This document shows, one piece after another, positions 1 to 8,538 of a stretch of DNA of 64,000 bases (positions are counted from its first letter, which is position 1; every line of letters starts with the position of its first letter). The position numbers and the translations under genes are program-made. Origin of the DNA: Candidatus Aphodosoma sp. Lineage in GTDB: Bacteria > Bacteroidota > Bacteroidia > Bacteroidales > Paludibacteraceae. The stretch lies in the NCBI GenBank assembly GCA_045600865.1, contig JAZRYS010000168.1, forward strand, positions 1,556 through 65,555, written 5' to 3'. The notes beneath the pieces are model-generated. The model was not told the DNA's origin and did not search any database. It saw nothing but the letters and a program-made list of their open reading frames with translations.

Positions 1-411
1 AAACTGTTTGGCTATCACTCGCTCTACCTGACAGACCGCAAGCTGAACGAGACGGTTGACATCCTTGCTGGCGAGACCTATCAGTTCAAGGGATATACCG
101 TTGGCGAGAACATGAGGTTCCAGATCAACGGCATCACAGAACAAGAGTGGAATAACGATGACGATAACGATGACGATGACGATGATGACAGCAACGTCTG
201 CGACCTGAGGGTTGTAGGCAACACATTATACGTTCAGGGCTTCACCACCGACCATTACCCTGCAGCAACTATCGAGCTCTTCGACATGACTGGCAGCTCT
301 GTATGGTCAACGCCTCTGACCTCTGAACGAATCTATGACCTGCCTCAGCTGCCACAAGGAATATATACCATACGGTTAGGCGACTGCCATACGAAATATG
401 TAAGCAGGTAG
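1..411 (+). CDS. C-terminal part of a secreted protein with a poly-Asp linker and a T9SS C-terminal sorting domain (5' end lies outside the window)
   Basis: Frame 1 is open from base 1 (KLFGYHSLYLTDRKLNET...) into the listed 112..411 ORF. A run of Asp/Asn codons lies at ~157-190. The tail NTLYVQGF..IELFDMTGSSVWST..LPQGIYTIRLGD..KYV resembles the C-terminal domains of the S8 and M6 proteases in this window. Confidence 0.6.
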   Translation, partial: KLFGYHSLYLTDRKLNETVDILAGETYQFKGYTVGENMRFQINGITEQEWNNDDDNDDDDDDDSNVCDLRVVGNTLYVQGFTTDHYPAATIELFDMTGSSVWSTPLTSERIYDLPQLPQGIYTIRLGDCHTKYVSR

Positions 412-431
412 AAAATACAAGAGATTTTTTT

Positions 432-520
432 TCAGCCCACAGGAGGGAAGTTCTCATTACACGGGTTTACCAGAGCCTTCAATCAGGGAACAAATCCTCT
501 TCTGTGGGCTGATTTTTTAT
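432..520 (+). terminator. Long-range stem closing a ~50-nt insert, followed by a T-run: putative intrinsic terminator and copy A of a dispersed element
   Basis: tcagcccacag (432-442) and ctgtgggctga (502-512) are perfectly complementary; gagg (443-446) and cctc (496-499) extend the stem across a 2-nt bulge. TTTTTT lies at 513-518. The 28-nt core at 463-490 recurs at 26523-26550 on the minus strand. Confidence 0.45.
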
Positions 521-626
521 CTTGCTGATTACTGAGTCAGTTTCCATTACAGCAGATATGGAAGCCTGTGTGTTGGAGAAGAGAAAAATATATTAAGAAA
601 AATTTGGTGGTCTGAAAAAATAACCG

Positions 627-634
627 TACCTTTG
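627..634 (+). promoter_or_regulatory. Bacteroidetes-type -7 promoter box TACCTTTG for parAB
   Basis: Matches TAnnTTTG. A TTTG lies 20 nt upstream (603-606), giving -33-like spacing. The box is 25 nt upstream of the parA ATG. Confidence 0.55.
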
Positions 635-658
635 CAGGTCAAAATATTTTGGATTATT

Positions 659-1447
659 ATGGGCAAAATTTTCGCAATCGCTAACCAGAAAGGTGGTGTG
701 GGAAAGACTACTACCAGTATTAACCTTGCGGCATCTTTAGCAAAGATGGACAAGCGTGTATTGCTTGTGGATGCTGATCCGCAAGCAAATTCATCGACTG
801 GCCTTGGCATTGATATCAAAGGATTGAACAGAACTGTATATGAATGTCTTATTGGTGAGGTGAAGGCTGAAGACGCCATCGTGAAGACTGACTACAAGAA
901 CCTTGATGTCATCCCTTCGCACATCAATCTGGTAGGTGCAGAAATCGAGATGATTGAGATTGACGACCGTGAACTGAGGATGAGGGATATGCTGGTTCCC
1001 CTGCGCGACAGATACGATTACATTATCATCGATTGTTCCCCTTCGTTGGGTCTTATCACGGTGAATGCGTTGACCGCTTCTGATTCCGTCATCGTGCCAG
1101 TGCAATGCGAATACTTCGCTTTAGACGGTATTGCTCGTCTATGCAATACAATCCAGCGCATAAAGACATCGCTGAATCCACAACTGACAATCGAGGGCTT
1201 CCTGATGACCATGTACGATGCACGTCTGCGTTATGCAAACCAGGTGGTGGAAGAGGTGCGCCAGCATTTCGGCGACATGGTGTTCCAGACGGTCATCCAG
1301 AGAAACGTGAAACTGAGCGAGGCTACTTCGTATGGTCAGCCTGTCCTTATATATGACAAGGATTCAAACGGTGCGAAGAACCATCTTGAACTGGCCCGTG
1401 AACTTATAGAGAGAGATCTGAAAAAACAAGAAGAGAATGGCAAATAA
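659..1447 (+). CDS. parA: Chromosome partitioning ATPase ParA/Soj
   Basis: MGKIFAIANQKGGVGKTTT is a deviant Walker A motif. The start is moved to the ATG at 659, downstream of the promoter box. It overlaps parB by 11 nt. Confidence 0.92.
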   Translation: MGKIFAIANQKGGVGKTTTSINLAASLAKMDKRVLLVDADPQANSSTGLGIDIKGLNRTVYECLIGEVKAEDAIVKTDYKNLDVIPSHINLVGAEIEMIEIDDRELRMRDMLVPLRDRYDYIIIDCSPSLGLITVNALTASDSVIVPVQCEYFALDGIARLCNTIQRIKTSLNPQLTIEGFLMTMYDARLRYANQVVEEVRQHFGDMVFQTVIQRNVKLSEATSYGQPVLIYDKDSNGAKNHLELARELIERDLKKQEENGK

Positions 1448-2321
1448 ATCTAATCCCAAGAAATTAGGCAGGGGACTCGACACGCTGTTGGGCAGTGCCG
1501 CCACTGAGGTGAAAGAGGCTCTGAAGACGATGGTGTTTGAGGAGTTGGCTATCAGTCAGATACATCCGAATCCTGACCAGCCTCGAAAGAACTTTGACCA
1601 GGAGGCTCTGGAAGAGTTGGCTGAGAGTATCCGCAGAAACGGCATCATCACACCGATAACCGTGTGCAAGGATCCTGCCAAAGGCGGCTACATGATTATA
1701 GCAGGTGAACGCAGATACCGTGCTGCACAGATGGTGGGTCTCGAGAAAATGCCGGCATACATACGTGAAGTGGATGACGAGAAGGTGCTGGAGATGGCGC
1801 TGGTTGAGAACATACAACGTGAAGACCTGAATGCAATAGAAATTGCATTGACATACAGCAATATGGCTGATATGTACAAGCTCTCGCAGGAGGAATTGGC
1901 AGAAAGGGTCGGAAAGAAGCGTGCAACTGTCACAAACTACATGAGGCTGCTTGAACTTCCTGCCGAAATACAGATGGGCTTGCGTGATCACAAGATAGAG
2001 ATGGGCCATGCACGTGCAATAGCAGGATTAAACTCAGTAGAAAAACAAATTTCCGTATATAACAAAATTCTGGCTGAAGGTGCATCGGTGAGAAGAACTG
2101 AACAGCTTTGCCGCGAAGTTGACACTCTGAAACAAAAAGAAAACAAAAAATCGGCAGAGACTGAAGCAATCGAAGAGTCTCTGCGTCTAATATTCGGATG
2201 CGACGTGAAGGTGAATTATTCAGATAAGGGTTCGGGTGACGTGAAAATCAGGTTCAAAAGCGATGCTGAGTTCGAGAAGCTGCTGGGTATCATCGAGAAG
2301 TTGAAGATTGAAGAGGAGTGA
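1437..2321 (+). CDS. parB: Chromosome partitioning protein ParB/Spo0J (parS-binding)
   Basis: Contains LGRGLDTLL, IHPNPDQPRKNFDQEALEELAESIRRNGIITPI and IIAGERRYRAA ParB-box motifs, plus an HTH (SQEELAERVGKKRATVTNYMRL). Confidence 0.92.
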   Translation: MANKSNPKKLGRGLDTLLGSAATEVKEALKTMVFEELAISQIHPNPDQPRKNFDQEALEELAESIRRNGIITPITVCKDPAKGGYMIIAGERRYRAAQMVGLEKMPAYIREVDDEKVLEMALVENIQREDLNAIEIALTYSNMADMYKLSQEELAERVGKKRATVTNYMRLLELPAEIQMGLRDHKIEMGHARAIAGLNSVEKQISVYNKILAEGASVRRTEQLCREVDTLKQKENKKSAETEAIEESLRLIFGCDVKVNYSDKGSGDVKIRFKSDAEFEKLLGIIEKLKIEEE

Positions 2322-3052
2322 AAAAACTGTTGCAGATATTGCTGTTGCTGACAGTGTGCGTGGCTACAGACGCACAGTCTTTGTCGATATCTGACAGTAT
2401 TGACAATATCGACAATGTGGCGGTGGAGGCATTACCTATAACAAGCGACAGTGCCTTGGTAAAGACGGCAGAAGCAATGCCTGTGATAAGTGACAGTTTG
2501 GCTTTCAAGGCAATGCCGATGAAAAGAGACAGCATAGTCACCAAGAAAGACGAACCTGAGTCCGTACCTCTTTACGCGAACTTTCAGCCTAATCCCAACA
2601 CTGCTTTATGGCTGGCGCTGGCAATTCCAGGAGCAGGACAGATTTATAACAGAAAATACTGGAAATTGCCTATAGTCTATGGACTTGGAGTCGGGGTGGG
2701 TTATGCCATAGCTTATACCAACAGAAATTATCAGGACTACAGGAACGCCTACCAATCTATCAATTCGTCAATGCCTAATCCTGATTTGTATGAGCCAATG
2801 ATACCAGATGGCTATCCTGCAGGTTCGTACAGCAACTATTTCAAGACACAGATGGACAAATTCAGGCGGGAGCGTGACATCTCTATAGTGGCCGCAGTAG
2901 TTGTTTATGCTTTGTCGGTGATAGATGCTTTCGTGGATGCACAATTGAGCGATTTTGATGTTTCGCCAGACCTTTCGATAAAGGTGGCACCAGAGGTGCA
3001 GCAGGTAAACCACCATCAGGCTGTAGGAATGGGGGTTGGCGTGAAATTCTAG
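2318..3052 (+). CDS. Signal-peptide membrane protein, DUF5683-like
   Basis: GTG start overlaps the parB stop (GTGA). It has an N-terminal signal peptide. WLALAIPGAGQIYNRKYWKLPIVYG resembles the DUF5683 motif as I recall it. Position after parB is typical of Bacteroidales. Confidence 0.6.
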   Translation: MKKLLQILLLLTVCVATDAQSLSISDSIDNIDNVAVEALPITSDSALVKTAEAMPVISDSLAFKAMPMKRDSIVTKKDEPESVPLYANFQPNPNTALWLALAIPGAGQIYNRKYWKLPIVYGLGVGVGYAIAYTNRNYQDYRNAYQSINSSMPNPDLYEPMIPDGYPAGSYSNYFKTQMDKFRRERDISIVAAVVVYALSVIDAFVDAQLSDFDVSPDLSIKVAPEVQQVNHHQAVGMGVGVKF

Positions 3053-3080
3053 ATTTTCTAGAAGTTCTAGATGCTCTAGA
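3048..3080. repeat. Four tandem 9-bp units, each containing the palindrome TCTAGA
   Basis: TCTAGA occurs at 3048, 3057, 3066 and 3075 with an exact 9-bp period. The first copy contains the TAG stop of the upstream gene. The array ends 23 nt before the next ATG. Confidence 0.9.
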
Positions 3081-3102
3081 TAAACTATATACTAAAAATG
3101 AA

Positions 3103-4383
3103 ATGAAAAAGACGATTATAATATTACTGATGATTTTGCCGTTGATGCTGACGGCACAGACATCCGAAGAATTTAAGTTTGCATTCGGCACAGACAGCGT
3201 TGTCGTAGATAACCCGACATGCGACTCGCTGCTGACAGCAGAACCATTGCAGATATATGCCTCGGAACTTGATTCGCTGATGCACGACTGTTTCATAAAC
3301 CTGGCATTCTCGAGCGATTGCGAAGTAGATGATACGGCGGGCTGCGTGTTCTTCCCTGATTCAGTGTATATTGAAAGGCTGCAAAAGCTGCCATATATCA
3401 TGGAAATGCCGCTCAGCGAGGAGGTGAAGAAATTCATCGAGATGTATGCAAAGAGAAGAAGACAGGTGGCATATATGTTAGGTGTCGGCCAGTCGTATTA
3501 TTTCGAGATGTTCCAGCAGACGCTGGCAAAACACAATATACCATTAGAACTGTGCTATCTGCCAGTGATAGAGAGTGCCCTGAACGCAAGAGCCATATCA
3601 AGAGCAGGTGCCGGGGGACTATGGCAATTCATGGTGAAAACAGGCCATGTTTACGGATTGGAAGTCAACAGTCTGGTTGACGAACGAATGGACCCTATGA
3701 AATCAACAGATGCCGCAGCAAGATACCTGAAATACATGTATTCAATATACAACGACTGGCACATGGTGATAGCAGCCTACAATTGCGGACCCGGCAACGT
3801 GCAGAAAGCAATACGCAACAGTGGCGGCAAGACGACATTCTGGGAAATATACCCATACTTGCCACGCGAGACGAAAGGATACGTACCTATTTTCATTGCG
3901 GCTTGTTACATAATGAATTATTACACAGAACACAACATTTGTCCTGCAAAATCCAAATACACATATTCAACAGACACTGTCATGATTAGCGACAGGGTTC
4001 ACCTGAGACAGATAGCAGAAGTCGTGGGTATAGATTACGAGGAACTTGCATTCTTGAACCCACAATACAAGACCGGAATAATACCGGGAAACGTCAAGCC
4101 ATATCCTCTTACGGTGCCGTTGGCATACATAAATTCGTATTCCCTGAATAGAGATTCCATACTTGCATACAAGCCTGAACTTTCGGCAAGGATAGAGACT
4201 GTGAAGCCTGCTGGTGGAGGAAACAGCAGCGGAAGTGGCAACAAGGTTTATTATAAAGTGCGCAAAGGTGACAACCTGGCGGCGATAGCAAAGAAATACC
4301 GCACGTCTGTAAAGCGTCTGAAACAATTGAACAAGCTGCAAGGCAATACCATAAAAATCGGACAGAGATTGAGAGTGAGGTGA
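3103..4383 (+). CDS. Lytic murein transglycosylase (MltD-like) with a C-terminal LysM domain
   Basis: SLT motif VIESALNARAISRAGAGGLWQFM..AAYNCGPGNV. LysM domain YYKVRKGDNLAAIAKKYRTSVKRLKQLN. Signal peptide present. Confidence 0.85.
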   Translation: MKKTIIILLMILPLMLTAQTSEEFKFAFGTDSVVVDNPTCDSLLTAEPLQIYASELDSLMHDCFINLAFSSDCEVDDTAGCVFFPDSVYIERLQKLPYIMEMPLSEEVKKFIEMYAKRRRQVAYMLGVGQSYYFEMFQQTLAKHNIPLELCYLPVIESALNARAISRAGAGGLWQFMVKTGHVYGLEVNSLVDERMDPMKSTDAAARYLKYMYSIYNDWHMVIAAYNCGPGNVQKAIRNSGGKTTFWEIYPYLPRETKGYVPIFIAACYIMNYYTEHNICPAKSKYTYSTDTVMISDRVHLRQIAEVVGIDYEELAFLNPQYKTGIIPGNVKPYPLTVPLAYINSYSLNRDSILAYKPELSARIETVKPAGGGNSSGSGNKVYYKVRKGDNLAAIAKKYRTSVKRLKQLNKLQGNTIKIGQRLRVR

Positions 4384-4385
4384 TT

Positions 4386-4739
4386 ATGGATAAGATGTAT
4401 TATTCTATTACAGAGGTTGAGAGCATGACTGGTGTGAAGAGCGTCAGTCTGCGATACTGGGAAGACCAGATACCGCAACTCAAGCCAAGACGCACTGAAG
4501 GGGGGACACGACGTTATTCTGCCGAAGACGTGGAACTTGTCAGGACAATAAAATATATGATGGAGGAGAGTCATCTTACTATGGAGGGGATAAGGAGCCA
4601 GCTTGCAAACAGACGCAAGATGGTGGAGCGAGACTTGAAGGTAATCCGCCACCTTGAGAGCATAAGGAGTGAGCTTGAGGCCATCCGGCTGGAGATGAAC
4701 ACAATATCTGCCCTTGAAAAAGAAACAATAATAGACTGA
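4386..4739 (+). CDS. MerR-family HTH transcriptional regulator
   Basis: YYSITEVESMTGVKSVSLRYWEDQIP....GGTRRYSAEDVELVRTIKYM is MerR-type HTH. The exact start is uncertain: GTG 4380, ATG 4386 or ATG 4395. Confidence 0.75.
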   Translation: MDKMYYSITEVESMTGVKSVSLRYWEDQIPQLKPRRTEGGTRRYSAEDVELVRTIKYMMEESHLTMEGIRSQLANRRKMVERDLKVIRHLESIRSELEAIRLEMNTISALEKETIID

Positions 4740-4747
4740 TACAGATT

Positions 4748-5347
4748 ATGGACGCAATAACACGCATATACTTGACCCAGGCAATTTCGTCAATAGTGCT
4801 GTTCGGAGGAATAGCGTATGCCGGGATATGGATTACTGACAAGAGAAATCCTTTCAAGGTCTGTGCATTGGACAAGTCGCTGACTTGGAAACAAGTGGGG
4901 ATAATCTTTGCCGCAATCCTCGTGGTTCAGCCAATCATAGAGTTGACGCTGAAGTGGAACCAGATGATTGATTTCGGACCATTTTTCAGAATGCTGGACG
5001 AGCAGGCTGACGCCATGACAAAGATGCTGCTGAGCGACATGTCTTTCGGAAGGCTGATTGCCAACCTGCTGGTGATAGCACTGATACCTGCATTCGTCGA
5101 AGAATTCCTTTTCCGCGGATGGCTGCAGAGAAGACTCGAAATGAAAGTGAATTACCATGCGGCAGTATGGGTGACGGCAATAGTCTTCTCGCTCGTGCAT
5201 CTGCAGATGTCTGGCTGCATACCAAGAATGCTTCTTGGTGCCATGCTCGGCTATTCGTACCATTACACAAAGACATTGTGGGGGAGCGTGCTGATGCATT
5301 TTGTGAATAATGCCTTTGCAGTATTGACTTTTAATATAGTATTTTAG
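4748..5347 (+). CDS. CPBP (CAAX) family intramembrane glutamic endopeptidase
   Basis: Multi-pass membrane protein with EEFLFRGWL, FSLVH and HFVNNAFA motifs. Confidence 0.8.
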   Translation: MDAITRIYLTQAISSIVLFGGIAYAGIWITDKRNPFKVCALDKSLTWKQVGIIFAAILVVQPIIELTLKWNQMIDFGPFFRMLDEQADAMTKMLLSDMSFGRLIANLLVIALIPAFVEEFLFRGWLQRRLEMKVNYHAAVWVTAIVFSLVHLQMSGCIPRMLLGAMLGYSYHYTKTLWGSVLMHFVNNAFAVLTFNIVF

Positions 5348-5360
5348 AAAAAATAGATAT

Positions 5361-5669
5361 ATGTTAGAATTGGAATCACGCATAGTAGAGATGCTGAAGA
5401 CCGTATTTGACCCTGAAATACCTGTTAACGTGTATGACCTCGGGTTGATATACAGGATTGAAGACATGACCGGAAACGGTGACGTGGAGATAGACATGAC
5501 GTTGACAGCTCCAAACTGTCCGGCAGCAGATTTCATTGCCGAAGACGTGAAAGAGAAAGTCGAATCAGTGAAAGGAGTAAATTCACTGCAAGTGCACATA
5601 GTATATGAACCAGAGTGGGACCGCGACATGATGAGCGAAGAGGCAAAACTGGAATTAGGACTCCTATAA
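5361..5669 (+). CDS. DUF59/SufT-like metal-sulfur cluster assembly factor
   Basis: VFDPEIPVNVYDLGLIY...TLTAPNCPAADFI is typical of the MIP18/DUF59 family. Confidence 0.75.
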   Translation: MLELESRIVEMLKTVFDPEIPVNVYDLGLIYRIEDMTGNGDVEIDMTLTAPNCPAADFIAEDVKEKVESVKGVNSLQVHIVYEPEWDRDMMSEEAKLELGLL

Positions 5670-5706
5670 TTGAAAAATCAGAATAAACTAAACACATTAT
5701 ATTGTT

Positions 5707-8538
5707 ATGAGAAGGCTATTCTTAACAGCAATTGCAGTACTCTTGGCAGTACTGGCAATAGCACAGAATCCTATGGAACAGCAGCCCGTTCCAATGGACC
5801 CAACTGTACGTTATGGCAAACTGAACAATGGTTTGACATACTACATTCGTCACAATGAGAAACCAGAACAGCGTTGCGAATTTCACATTGCCCAGGCCGT
5901 AGGTGCCATTCTTGAGGAAGACCATCAGAACGGTTTGGCACACTTCCTGGAACACATGTGTTTCAATGGTACAGAACACTTTCCCGGAAAGCTGATTATA
6001 AATTATTTCGAGAGCGTAGGTGTAAGTTTCGGTGGCGACATCAATGCTTATACATCTCTGGACGAGACTGTTTATCGTCTTTCCAACGTACCGACAACAC
6101 GCGAGAGCATACTTGACTCTGCATTGCTCGTCTTGTATGACTGGTCGTGTGCAGTATCTCTCTTGAGCGAGGAGATTGACAACGAGCGTGGCGTCATCCG
6201 TGAAGAGTGGCGTACAGGCAATACAGCATCCCGCCGCATGTATTTCAACTGGCTGAAGATGATGATGCCTAACAGTCAATATGCAAAACGTGATGTCATT
6301 GGTGATACAGCAGTAATCAACAACTTCTCGTATCAAGCACTCCGTGACTACTATCACAAATGGTATGGTCCAGACCTTCAGGCAATTGTTGTTATCGGTG
6401 ACATTGATGTTGACAAGATGGAGCAGAAAATCATAAAGCTCTTCCAGAATGTCAAGGGACGTGAAGGCAAGACCCCACGTACACGCTATGGAGCAAACGA
6501 CAATGAGAAACCAGACCTTGGCGTTTATCTTGATAAAGAAGCTCAGTATCAGCGTATCACAATCGGTTATAAGTTCCCAGCAGATCCAGACGAGGTTAAA
6601 CTCTCGATGGCAGGATATGTCAATGACATGATCGTTGACATGATGAACTATGCAATCAACAACCGTTTCAACGAACTGGCGCAAGACCCTAAGGCTCCTT
6701 TCACGTCTATGGGTGGTGACTTCGAGAACCTTGCAGGAACAACAGATGCTATGATGTTCATCGTAATGCCAAAAGACGGACAGGAACTTGAAGCATACAA
6801 GGCACTCGTGTATCAGATAGAGAAACTCCGTCGCTTTGGTATCACAGAGTCAGAGCTCGAACGCGTCAAGGCAGACTATATGCAAGGTATAGAGAGCAGT
6901 TTCAACGAAAGAGACAACCGTAAGAACGATTCATGGGCACGGTCGTGCATCCGCCACTTCCTGGACCACAGTGGTCGCGCACTGACTTCTCCTGGTTTTG
7001 ACAAGATGAAGGCTGAGCAGTTGTTCCCAACAATCACAGCTGCTACAATCAATCAGATGATTACGCAACTGATTTCTGGCAAGAACATGTTCATCAATGG
7101 TGTGGGTAAGGACAATGCAGAATGCAAGATGCCTACAACCAGTGTAATGCTCAAAGAGTATGAAGCAGCCGACAAACTCAAGATTGATGCTCCAAAAGAG
7201 GAAAAGATTGACCGCCCTCTCGTTGAGCAGGATCCAAAGCCAGGCTATACAAAATCTAAAAAAGTGAATGAAGATCTTGGCTTAACCGAACTGACACTTT
7301 CCAATGGCATCAAAGTGGTAATCAAGACAACAGACTTCAAGAACGATGAGATCAACATGACAGCCTTGTCGTACGGAGGCTACAGCCGCTGCAAGACTGC
7401 AGACCTTATCAATGCACAGTTGGCATCATCAATAGTTGAATTCAATGGTATCGGAACATTCAATAGCATAGATCTGCGAAAAGTACTTGCTGGCAAGGAT
7501 GTTAACGTAAGTCCATCTATCGACCGTTTCACTGAGGAGATGTCAGGCTACTCATCTGTAAAAGACTTCGGCACAATGCTGATGCTCAACTATCTCTACT
7601 TCACCGCTCCACGCAAAGACGACAATCAATTCAAGACTCTTTTAGAACTGATAAGTAATTCTGTCAGGAGCCGTGACGTTGATCCTAAAACTGAATATAA
7701 TGATAAAATAAGCGAGACTCTCTATGCTCATTCTGACCGTATATTCAGCCTCACTACTGAAATGCTGCCAAAGATAAACCAGAAGAAAGCACTGCAAATA
7801 TACAAAGAACGTTTTGCCAATCCTGCAGATTTCACATTCTATTTTGTAGGCAACATTGATGCCAACGATCCTATGGTTATCTCGTTAATCGAGAAATGGA
7901 TTGGTGGTATGAAGACATCAGGCAAGAAAGAAAAAGCTGACTATGATGACGGGGTACATTATGCCAAGGATGGCAACTATGTCTATTTCAAGAAAGACAT
8001 GAAGACAAAAACAGCTTCAAACCGTGTATATATCCTTGGTGAAGGTTTTGAATACAACCTCAAGAACCGTATCGCAATAGACCTTATTGGTTCTATTCTC
8101 GGCACACGTTATCTTGAATCAATTCGTGAACGTGAAGGCGGTTCTTATGGCGTTGGAACACGCGGTACAATGATCCGTCGTCCTAAACCAGAAATGATGC
8201 TTCTCATGAATTTCGATACAGACCCTGACAAGCAGAATCATCTGCTCAATATCATATACGAAGAAGTTGAGACAATCATCGAGAACGGTCCTTTGGCAAC
8301 AGATCTCAACAAAGAGAAGGAGAACCTTCTGAAGGTATATGACCAGAAAGTCAAAGAGAATGGCTATTGGATGAATACCATCTTGATGAATTATTACAAC
8401 AACAACGGACTTAACTATCTGACAGACTACAAAAAGACAGTAGAGTCGATAGACGGAGCTTATATCCAGAAATTGCTCAAGGAGATTTATGAGCAGGGAA
8501 ACATTGTTGAAGTGGTAATGATGCCAACAAGAAAATGA
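5707..8538 (+). CDS. M16 (pitrilysin/insulinase) family zinc peptidase, secreted
   Basis: Inverted zincin motif HFLEHMCFNG (HxxEH). Signal peptide present. At 943 aa it has a double-module size. Confidence 0.85.
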   Translation: MRRLFLTAIAVLLAVLAIAQNPMEQQPVPMDPTVRYGKLNNGLTYYIRHNEKPEQRCEFHIAQAVGAILEEDHQNGLAHFLEHMCFNGTEHFPGKLIINYFESVGVSFGGDINAYTSLDETVYRLSNVPTTRESILDSALLVLYDWSCAVSLLSEEIDNERGVIREEWRTGNTASRRMYFNWLKMMMPNSQYAKRDVIGDTAVINNFSYQALRDYYHKWYGPDLQAIVVIGDIDVDKMEQKIIKLFQNVKGREGKTPRTRYGANDNEKPDLGVYLDKEAQYQRITIGYKFPADPDEVKLSMAGYVNDMIVDMMNYAINNRFNELAQDPKAPFTSMGGDFENLAGTTDAMMFIVMPKDGQELEAYKALVYQIEKLRRFGITESELERVKADYMQGIESSFNERDNRKNDSWARSCIRHFLDHSGRALTSPGFDKMKAEQLFPTITAATINQMITQLISGKNMFINGVGKDNAECKMPTTSVMLKEYEAADKLKIDAPKEEKIDRPLVEQDPKPGYTKSKKVNEDLGLTELTLSNGIKVVIKTTDFKNDEINMTALSYGGYSRCKTADLINAQLASSIVEFNGIGTFNSIDLRKVLAGKDVNVSPSIDRFTEEMSGYSSVKDFGTMLMLNYLYFTAPRKDDNQFKTLLELISNSVRSRDVDPKTEYNDKISETLYAHSDRIFSLTTEMLPKINQKKALQIYKERFANPADFTFYFVGNIDANDPMVISLIEKWIGGMKTSGKKEKADYDDGVHYAKDGNYVYFKKDMKTKTASNRVYILGEGFEYNLKNRIAIDLIGSILGTRYLESIREREGGSYGVGTRGTMIRRPKPEMMLLMNFDTDPDKQNHLLNIIYEEVETIIENGPLATDLNKEKENLLKVYDQKVKENGYWMNTILMNYYNNNGLNYLTDYKKTVESIDGAYIQKLLKEIYEQGNIVEVVMMPTRK

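Noticed and set aside
157-190. GAT/GAC-rich tract (poly-Asp) in the first partial gene, considered as a possible phase-variable repeat.
   Set aside because: The tract is an imperfect mix of GAT, GAC and AAC codons, not a pure repeat. It reads as a normal acidic linker before a T9SS C-terminal domain.
632-658. N-terminal extensions given by the ORF track for parA (632), hpt (10175), the 49198 ORF, mnmG (54136), uvrC (56071) and uppS (42806).
   Set aside because: The extensions start at non-ATG codons or overlap promoter boxes, parS sites or upstream genes. Conserved N-terminal motifs or signal peptides begin at the internal ATGs that I used.
5722-6684. 320-aa ORF on the minus strand inside the M16 peptidase gene. 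The same applies to 4790..5629 (279 aa) across the CPBP and DUF59 genes.
   Set aside because: These ORFs are fully antisense to genes with clear catalytic motifs. Their translations are low-complexity and Cys/His/Val-rich, with no recognisable domain, signal peptide or promoter box. This is typical of frame openness opposite a strongly biased coding strand.
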